A DNA stretch of 64,000 nucleotides from the human T2T-CHM13v2.0 reference genome, Homo sapiens, in NCBI RefSeq assembly GCF_009914755.1, contig NC_060931.1; one strand, written 5' to 3'. A program made the position numbers and the translations under genes. Under the pieces are notes generated by a model. It was not told the origin of the DNA. It did no database searches and saw nothing but the letters and a program-made list of their open reading frames with translations. This document shows positions 1 to 9,784 of this stretch, in pieces (position 1 is the stretch's first letter; the number at the start of each line of letters is the position of its first letter).

Positions 1-639
1 TTGGAGTAATAAATGTCTACCGATCTGATTATTGAAAATAATCAAAAGTACAATATATTATACTTCGTATTTCACATATGAACCAAGTAAAGATATATAT
101 AACTAATATTCCCCAAATAATGTACTAATGCAAAATCACTCCATTAAGCAGTAGACTAAAAGAGAAGATGCTCACAATATTGAAGATAATGGTTAAGAGT
201 TCAATAGTTAATAGTGTGGAAATTTAAATTTGGTGTGTATAAAGAATATTATATGTGCTACTAATTACCAAATTGCAGTTTCAGGCTTGCAAAATAAATG
301 GAGGAAGGGGACCAAAGTTTGACTTTACGGTTATATTATGTGAAAATTAACCAATACATTTAATTTTTAAAAATTAAACAACATTCTTACAGAAACAAGG
401 ATGATAAATATGCATTCAGAAATTTAAATTGTTCATGAACTGTTTTGTTAGTCCATAAAAACAACCTTAGTGTTTTTCAGACTTCGTAAACTGGAGTTTT
501 ATTTCTTTCTTTGTTGAAATTACTTTTAAAGTATAAATTACATTTAAACTATAAAATGTGGTGGAAATAGAAATAGTTGAGATCATGACTTTCATGTTCC
601 ACATCACCAGTTGTAATGGATTAATCTTAATTTAACACA

Positions 640-780
640 CCTAATAAGAGTTTACTATTTGTCGGGTATATAAGCACCTTACAGCAATTAACTCATTTAA
701 ACCTCTTCAGGAACTTGCAAGGTAGGTAAGTTTAGCATTCTTATTTTTTCAGAGGGACCCTTAAGCAAATTGCCTAAGAA
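640..780. mobile_element. MIR fragment
   Basis: Degenerate MIR core (AACTCATTTAAACCTC...AGGTAGGTA...TTATTTTTCAGAGG). Confidence 0.5.
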
Positions 781-3700
781 TTATTATTTCAGCTGATATT
801 TGTTGAGGCTGCTATGTACCTGGCTGGCACCACGATAGGTTCGATAGATTCCGTGGCTATGATAGCTATGCTGTGAAAGTTGTTAACTTGCTAAGTCTAT
901 TTACTCAGAACAGAGGTGCACAACTAGTACTAGTGCCTGCAGTTGGCTCTCAAACCTTCACTAGTGGACAGAAATTATCTTCACTGTGGAGTCTATCCTT
1001 CTCCCAGGCCAGGCAGTAGTTCTATGTTGTCAAACAGGTCACTGGGCAAAAAAATTAAACTCCCTTCTTCTGGGAGGTTTCGTTCTTTTCTTTTAATGAA
1101 GATAATCACCTAATGCATTTCAGATGTAGTACATATAGGCTCCATTTGGTCATATATGAATATATTGTGGATCACTTTTTGGCAAAGAATTGTGATGCTG
1201 TGATTGAACAATGATGATTAACTTATGGATTTGGGGGACCTGAGGGTAGAGTATACATTACTAGGTTTAAACTCCTGGTGGGCTTTTCAAACTGAAACCA
1301 CCCTTTCTAACCCCACCCACGGGGTTTTTAACCCATAAGGATTTCCATAGTCCTAATCTCTTTCACTCTAATCCCCACCTCAGGGGGGGAAAATAAAAAA
1401 CCCCTTTCCATTGCTTAATGACAAACCAGTCATGGAGCCAAGACAAAGAGTAATGGAATGTTTGTGCTAAGGGAGCCCGATGTGCCATTTCCACAGCAGT
1501 GATGGCAGGGCTGTAGGAATCGAATTCTAGGATGCCTCAGGTAAGTTTTCTCCACTAAGCAGAACTTGCATTAGTCTTGTCAACCTTTGTAGTCTCCTTT
1601 TCCCTGCTTTTATGCCCAATTATGCCATTTTCTTTCATTCCGATTGATATTTGTATTCTTTTAGTCACATTTTCAATTAGATTATATATTGTTAGATTCT
1701 ATTCACATCTTAAAAGTCTGAGAAACTCCTCTCTTTAAGGTGACTTTGTAATTGCTCAGATTTCCTGCAGAGTGACCAAATATTTTACCTCAGAGAAAAA
1801 TCATCTTATTTCTCTCATGCTAATAGTTTTGTTTTTTGGTGTGTGGGGGGTTAATGATAAAAATAATAGTAGGAATTAAGATATGGGAACTCTAATTTGT
1901 GGGTTCTATGGGGGACATAAACTCCCCAGGAGGAGGAAAAAAAGGGAGCCTCATATACTTCCTACATATTTTATTTTCTACAACATAATGTTTTCAAATG
2001 GCTTTTCTCCAAATCTGAAACATCTGAAGCATCTCTGAGATGAAAATCAGAGTAACAGCAAACTCAATGGCTATGTCTTAATTTGCTCTGATGAGTCAGC
2101 TTCTTTGCAGCCTACTAATGATGTGTTAACAGGTGTAAGAGGTAGCTATTCTCCTCTTCTGATAAATATGTACAACTGTGATAAGTAACAATTGCAGGAA
2201 TAATACCTTACGGTTGAATAAAAGTCATATTGGAATTGTGTGCTCTCCCTGAAAAATAAATTCTAATCCATGGCCTTATGTTCCTCATAACAATTCTTTG
2301 AAGGGAAAACAGTATTTACCCATTTCTTTACCAAAATGAAGAAACTGGCCTTTGAGAGGCTAAGGTGGTTTGTTCCTAAACTCACAATTAGTAAAGGATA
2401 GAACTCACGTACTATGACCTTTAGCCCAGTGCTCTTTCAGCATATCATGCAGCTTCTAATAAACATGTTTTAAGTGGCTTGGCTTTCTCCCAAGGAAGAG
2501 AGGACAAAGATTGCTCAGTCTTAGCATTTTGTTCATATAGATAAAATGGATTCTGAAAGTCTCTCTTAGGTTGAATGCTTATAATCGTCTCATTTTATGA
2601 CTCATTTGATAAACAATATTTTTGTGTGTGCAGATTGACGTAGGAGACATAGGTCCAGGGAGCACTGCACATTTCTCTAATGCCATCTGCTATTATTGAA
2701 CTGAAATGCTCATTAGCAAATCAGATCAATAGCCAGAGTTTTGTTTTTGTATTGATTCTCTTGGACACTATGTTAGCTCTAAGACTAGTTACATTTTGTT
2801 TTGCTAATATTGTAGTCATTTATTTTTCATACTTTTCAGTTTTAGCTTTTCCCCAAATTTTAATTTAGTCCTTATTTTATGGAATTGTAAAGTATTACTA
2901 CCTATGAAAACAATTTGGAGATCCCCAAAGTGAAGTAATTGCTTATATTTTTGGCCGAAGGAATATTCTCCCTTATGCATAAAAATGAAATCAAAACAAA
3001 AAGCTTTATTGTGACCATTCTGTGAGAGACAAAATTAAAATCAGAGAAAACATGTATATTTGCTGCCCGGAGTTTTGGATTGGTCAAATATAATAGATTA
3101 TTAATGAGGGAAATGGACATGCTTGAATACTCTTAACTCCCTGAATAAAATAATAAATCTTAACTTCCACGATGTTACATGGAACTTACAGTCCTCATTT
3201 GGGATTTTGTGTGGGGTTTTTTGGTCTTATTTATTTAAGTTTTTTTTTTAAGGAGGGATAATATGTATTTTGTTATTAAGTCTGACACTTGATGGACTTC
3301 TTAAAGTTAAAAAATTTAAATAACTAAAATTTATGATGTAGCTAAAAATTGACAGGCCAGGCTTTTAAGTGACAGTCGAACACTGATTATTTGTTAAATT
3401 GACCAAGGCATTAATACAGGGCAAACCATCAGAGTTTTACGGCTTTATATTAAACAGTTGACTCAACAGTTGAGTTTTACAGTTCTAGTAAGCAGTCGGC
3501 AAAGCTTTGAGCTTTACGGTTTATGTTAAACAGTTGGCTAAATATTGGATCACATGAGATTATTCACATTTCATATCAGAATAGATTATTATAATATAAT
3601 CTGCTTATAATTCTTGTAAAATTATTATATAATCTAGAGTAGCTAAAAATCAACAATGCTACTGCAGGTAATTTATTTGTTAGATGTCTTTGCTTATCCT

Positions 3701-5511
3701 ATAAGCATGTACTTATCTTTGAAAAATCACTTTCTGACATTCTCTACTATGTATATGATTACATAAAAATAAAACTCAATCTGAGTAGGAATTTATTTTA
3801 AGGTATTCTATTGAATGGGATTTATTCAAGATGTTAGTCTCTATCGCAGTTGTTATAATTTCTCATCATGGTTACATATGAGACCAGGTGGATCTGTGTC
3901 TTCACTACACACCCATAGCAAATGGTCTAACCAATCTTTCCCTTGTTTCTGGTCTTGAAAACAGAGAATGGTAGATACTTGCAGACAGGAAGGATGTGCA
4001 CAGATGTCTTACTAAGTCTCTTAAATCCTCACAATTAAAAAACAGAATCAAAAGAATTTATAACTGTAAGGGAGCCAAGCTCTCCAAATCATCAGAATCA
4101 TTAATACCATTATATACTTTCTACTAAATGTGTGTGTGCATTTGAAACTTCAAATGCCCACTAGATAATTCTCCGATTATTTAATAATGTAATTCATAAA
4201 GCCATCACAATAAATTCTGTCACTAGAATCAATTAAACATCATATTTTATAACTTATTATTTTGGTAATACTAACCATAAACATGCCTGAAACAAATATA
4301 TAGTATATATGAGTTATTGCTCTATGAGATCTTATAAAGACTAGGAAAGCCAAATTGAAATGTAGCTGCTGGATGGACAGCCAGATTCACTCCTATCTGA
4401 GATGATTCATATGCCACACAAATGACCACGATATACACAATTCAACGTCATATCTCAGGAAAACTGTAGTTTCTTTTATATCATAGATCTGCTCAAACAT
4501 TCTTATAAACAGTTATGGTAATTTATGAAATCTAAAGCTCTGTGTTGTAATAATTGTTAACCTTTTTTCCTTAGCTCCCATATAGTTTTAAGTCCTTTCA
4601 ATTCTGTTTTTCCATCATGGAAAAATTAGGGAGAAAGTTTCTTCTCTATAATTGTCTGCTAAATCCCTGTAAATACATGTCTAAGTTATTTGTTCTGAGG
4701 AATTATTCTGTAACAATAGGAGGGCTCACATTTGCTCTGCATTTTCCACTTACATAGTACATTAATGTCTATAAAGATAATTTATTTTATCAGTTTGACA
4801 GTTGCAGTTCTGGTTTGATAAGAACTCTACAGTAATTTCCACTGAATTAGATGATACACAATTATGATACAGTACATTGGCAGAGATAATTTTTCATTTT
4901 GGTGTTCCTATGTAAAATTTTAGAGTTATCTAATTTAGTATGTAAATTGAGCCTTTGGTTTTAAATAGTCATAAGACATCTTATGCTATGTGAATACAAA
5001 TCAATGCTAATGTAATATATTTTAACACCTGGGCACTTGCTGAAAAAAAGTTGGAAGGTACATTATTTTTATACTTCCTATTTTGAAATACTACAGAATT
5101 GTACACTCTAAAACCCTGTGCACTTTTGGACTATCCTATTTAGCACTTGAAATAAAAGCTATTTAATGGTGAGAATTTATTAAAGGATTAATATATCTTA
5201 ATTGCTCTAACTAAACTTAAAACTGTATTTAAATAATTTTAAATAGCTCCTCAAGAAAAAGATATTTTAAAATATTTTGTAACAAAATTTAAATATTTCC
5301 AAATTTTATTGTTTAAATAAAGACTTGTTTTTAGAAAAATTCCTTGCATTGGAGTAAGGAGGTACTGTATCTTCCATCCTCTTCCTCACTGAAAATGCCT
5401 TTAATAACATTGTCTTGAGTCAGAGGAAAAGCAAAGGCTCTTAAAAAAACAAGCTTGATACCTGTTTTAGTATATAGCGAAGAGGTGGTAGTTGCACAGT
5501 AAAGAGAATGT

Positions 5512-5814
5512 TCTTTTTTTTTTTTCTTTTTTTGAGACAGAGTCTTGCTCTGTCACCCAGGCTAGAGCGCAGTGGCGCGATCTTGGCTCACTGCAACCTC
5601 CGCCTTTTGAGTTCAAGTGATTCACCAGCCTCAGCCTCCTGCATAGCTGGGATTACTGGGGTGTGCCACCATGCCCCGCTAATTTTTGTATTTTTAGTAG
5701 AGACGGGGTTTCACCATGTTGGCCAGGCTGGTCTGAACTCCTGACCTCAAGTAATCCACCAGCCTCGGCCTCTCAAAGTGCTGGGATTACAGGTGTGAGC
5801 CACCACGCCCAGCC
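5512..5814 (-). mobile_element. Alu (S family), full length
   Basis: Poly-T, GAGACAGAGTCTTGCTCTGTC...CCACGCCCAGCC; AAGAGAAT direct repeat on both flanks. Confidence 0.95.
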
Positions 5815-6149
5815 AAGAGAATATCGTATCAAAATAATTTCTAGCTGGGCTTCACAATCCAATTCACAAACACCTTACACTTTAGCATTCATACTGTAAT
5901 AGAGAATTAGCAAAACCCTCCTCATTGCTTCATAAGGATCAATAATATGCAAAAGCAAAATAGCTCACCTTCCTATATGATTTAAGATAGTGCTTCACAA
6001 AATCACAAAACTACAAAAGGACAGAGGAAAATGACTATGTACCAAAGGGGGTCTGGAGGTCTAAACTGAAGAGTCCTATTGTAAGAATAAAATGTATTTT
6101 AAAATTAATATTTTATTTTAAACATTAATGCAAATGTTATATTCTACTC

Positions 6150-6688
6150 TGTGATGGTTAATACTGGGTGTCAACTTGACTGGATTGAAGAATACAAAGT
6201 ACTGATTCTGGGTGTGTCTGTGAGGGTGTTGCCAAAGGAGATGAACATTTGAGTCAGTGGGCTGGGAAAGGCAGACCCACCCTTAATCTGGGTGGGCACA
6301 AGCTAATCGGCTGCCAGCACAGCTAGAATATAAGCAAGCAGAAAAATGTGAAAAGGGAGGCTGGCCTAGCCTCCCAGCCTACATCTTTCTATCTCTGGGA
6401 GGGCGGCTGATGTGGTGGCAGTACCAGCTGAGGGGAACTGAGGCGGAAGAAAGATGTAGGCTGGGAGGCTAGGCCAGTCTGTCTTTTCACATTTTTCTGC
6501 TTGCCTATATTCTAGCTGTGTTGGCAGCTGATTAGATTGTGCCCATCCAGATTAAGGATGGGTCTGCCTTTCCCAGCCCACTGATTCAAATGTTAATCTC
6601 CTTTGGTAACACCCTCAGAGACACACCCAAGATCAATACTTTTTATCCTTCGATCCAATTAAGTTGACACTCAGTATTAACCATCACA
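6150..6688. mobile_element. Palindromic MLT2A1-type (HERV-L) LTR element: two inverted 5' halves plus a 57-bp spacer, with 5-bp TSD
   Basis: Begins TGTGATGGTTAATACTG and ends CAGTATTAACCATCACA. Arms 6150-6390 and 6448-6688 differ at 22 of 241 positions. TACTC occurs at 6145-6149 and 6689-6693. Confidence 0.93.
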
Positions 6689-6999
6689 TACTCATAATTT
6701 TCAAAATTTTATGATTGTTTATATTACTTTGTTCAGAGTGAAATAGATGTCTCAGAAAATGACCATGATTTTCTGAGGATTTACGTGTTTATTGGCAGTT
6801 GTCTCGTACCCTGGTTTTAGAAGCACTGACTTATAAAGGACCACATGACCCTCCAACTTAAAGATAGTTCCCCAAAAGGCTGTCATTTTATCCTCCCTCC
6901 CGCCTTCTCTCTGAAAGAGATTATAAATGACCAACAACACTGAAAACAACACTCTACAGAAAAATGGTTTTCACCCAATTTATCTAACAACTCAGTGCC

Positions 7000-7255
7000 A
7001 TACAGTGTAAGGAGTGTGGTCTTTGAAGACAGAAAGATATGCATTTTAATTCCATCTCTAGCACTTCCGTGAAAGACCTTGGGGGAAATCTTTTATCTCA
7101 GTATAGCCTCCAGTTTTTGAGGCTATCCAGTTAGCCTCAGGATAACCAAGATTGCTTATCCTGAGTATCGATAGCAACACTCAGCTCATGGTGTTACTGT
7201 GCAAGTATAAAGATTGTGTATGTAGAGTGTTTGGCATAGTGCATTTACTCATTCA
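7000..7255. mobile_element. MIR fragment
   Basis: Degenerate MIR pattern (AGAGTGTTTGGCATAGTG-type end, CTTTGAAGACAGAAAGA start). Confidence 0.5.
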
Positions 7256-9544
7256 GCAAAAATTACCTTCATTCTTACTCTATGCTAGCCACTATAATAA
7301 GCACTGGAAGTAGAGCTATAAATAGACATGGCCCCTAGCCTCCAGGAGCTCGGGGGCATATGAGATAGAAACAGAAACAAAAAGAGAAAACTAATAAAGA
7401 AGCAAGGCAATCTCATATATTGATAATTTTTTTTAAAAGGAAAGCAATGTGATGTATCAATATTGCAGTGGCTATGGCTCACCCTGGCTTAGCTAGTGAG
7501 AGCTGTTTATTTGCATTTCTCCTCAACTCTGCATTTAGTGACATCACCTTGGTTGACTGAAATTGACCATGGTGGGGTTATTTGCACCAGAAAAATCAAG
7601 AGCTACAATCAGCCAGCCCTCCATCGCCTTACTGCCCCAGAAACCCTGCTGTTAAACATTTATGAGCATGCTGCAGGGTGTATAGTGACAGGGATAAGCA
7701 TGGATGGTACATAGATAAGACGGTTATGCCTCCATGAGGATATGCATTTGATTTTGGAACTTAATCATAAGAAGGAGATGTTTCTTGCAGATTCAGGGGC
7801 AGAGCACTTTAGGCAAAGAGACTAGCAAGTACAAAGGCTTGAAATGTTAAAGAACAGATACATAAACAAGATAATTTTTGAGAGTGATCATTTTTGAGAC
7901 AATACCAAATTGGTTGGTGTTGTAGGGAGTGACTTGGGTAGTGAGCTTTTAGGTATTCAACAGGTAACATCACTTGTCCAAACCCGTTTATGGTCCAGAC
8001 AATCTAGGACACAGAGAGTTCTACTGGCTTATGAAAGGTAAGCTACATCAAGTTATAACTCTCTACTAGGACTTTACTTCATCTAATCTTTACAACAAAC
8101 TCATTAGGCAAGCAAATAAAGAAAAGGTTAACTGTGTTTCTTAACTCCTACTGCTAATTATTAGGTAACCTGGAATTGGAACTTTGGTCTGGGCAGCCTC
8201 AAGGCCCACACTCAGTTCTAGTCTGTTTCAGTGAGACATCTGGAGAAAAGAAAGAGTAAGACAGAAAAGGGACAGTGTCAAAAATGTTTTCACTGGCGTG
8301 GGAGGGGCAGAGGGGGAGAAACAACTGGACTCAGGGCCTCAAAGGAAAACCCAGAAACTGGATCAAAGGTGAGGAGTCTGAAGAAAGTAGTTGCCAAAAA
8401 GAACTATACAATAGTGAAGCCAAGACTGACGACAAACTTTTCCTACATTTGCCAAGAGAGGATGTTGATCCCAATCGGTGCAGTCCCTTTACCCTGGTTT
8501 AATCTTTGGCTCATCTTTCAGAAAATTAACTATTTGTGGGCCTAAAATTTAGATACGAATTTTGAAGAGTTTTTCCGTATTAGTTGAAAATATACTATCT
8601 ACATAATAGGTATTCTACTTAGATATTATATATAACACATACTTTAAAATATTTGAAGCTTTTATCTTACTAAAATAAATTTATGATGTTGATTAATTAC
8701 CATTTTCTTTTTCCTCACGAATGGATATGAATAATTCATGCCACTCTATCTCCAGTTTTTTACTCTTTAAGATTATTCTCATTGTTTGATACAAGAGTAA
8801 TTTTATTAGTTATATTTTTATTGATTTTTGTCATTACTAAACAATGCAGCTAGAACCTGCTATTAATGTTTAATATTCCATATTGTCCACAATCCATACA
8901 AAAAGGTATTTAAATATTAAGGGATATTTTCTAACATTATAGTATGGGTTTCCATTTCTTGGTATAGTAAATGAGTGATTTTGCAGTAGAATTTCTAGGA
9001 AGCTCTCGATAATATAACCGCAATGAAAATAATGATTCATTTTCATACTCAAAACATGGTTATAAAATATGCCTTGTTATTGCAGTAAATAGTATCATAT
9101 TCAAATAATTCTCATCTTGGTAATTTGCATTTTTTAAAATTAAGGAAACAGATGTTATAGGAATATTTCAAGCAAATAGGAAAATAGAAAGGCAAAGGAA
9201 ATAGGATTCCTGGCACCCATTTCTTGTATGTTATTTAAATACATTTTCTTTTTTTTCCCCAAAGTACAGTGCCAGTTTTAAGCATGAGGAAAGTAAAATC
9301 TAGTCCCCACCTGCTCAAGCCAGAAGCATTTTAGCCTGGAAGGAGGGATGAGGCTCAGGATGAGAGGCTGGGGTGAGAGGCTATAGAAGGACAGTAAAGG
9401 ACAGCGGTACTGAAGGTAAACTAGAGCTAGTGAGTACATCCAAGGATTATTGAACCTGAACATGGGCTAGAGCTTTTCTCCATGAGGAAATATTAAGCCT
9501 GATGCATACTTCTGTCTACAGTTAGAAAAGATATTTGATCATAC

Positions 9545-9673
9545 CTGAAGTGCAAGTCTTTAAAGGAGAATTGAGTTTCAATGATTCCAGTCGTTTTCAC
9601 TCGAGAATGGAGAACATCTTGTTCATTTGGCACATACCCAGATGCTGTTATTCTATCTAAATCATTAAGGTAG
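9545..9673 (-). CDS. GNAT3: GNAT3 coding exon 5 ([43 protein letters not shown]; switch I)
   Basis: TTATTAG|C TAC CTT AAT ... CAC TTC AG|GTATGA; 129 nt; contains the catalytic Arg and the Mg-binding Thr (RVKTTG). Confidence 0.98.
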
Positions 9674-9695
9674 CTAATAAAGACAAAACAAAATT

Positions 9696-9784
9696 ATATA
9701 TGTGTATATATAATACATAAATACATACATATATGTATATATACACACATACATACATATATATGTGTGTGTATATATATATAT
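9696..9784. repeat. (TA)n/(TACA)n compound microsatellite just upstream of the exon 5 acceptor
   Basis: ATATATGTGTATATATAATACATAAATACATACATATATG... directly visible. Confidence 0.85.

Noticed and set aside
1538-1546. Perfect + strand donor CAG|GTAAGT, possible antisense or overlapping exon
   Set aside because: A single 9-mer can occur by chance in 64 kb, and I could not pair it with a convincing acceptor; transcript data would be needed.
3432-3546. Repeat-spacer look-alike (CRISPR-like spacing of about 38 bp)
   Set aside because: Human DNA, only three degenerate units, the 'spacers' are related to each other, and there are no cas genes.
5508-5899. Alu-derived ORFs here and at 13242, 17879, 27402, 30731, 31313, 40562, 53392-54302, 56422-57270, 59774 and 62360
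   Set aside because: Typical Alu translation products with no exon context or independent support.
8231-8545. 104-aa ORF in intron 5 (+ strand)
   Set aside because: Non-ATG start, no recognisable domain or splice structure; within chance length.
1-9544. GNAT3 exon 6 (MFDVGGQRSERKKW...)
   Set aside because: Not found by eye on the minus strand; it presumably lies left of the window.
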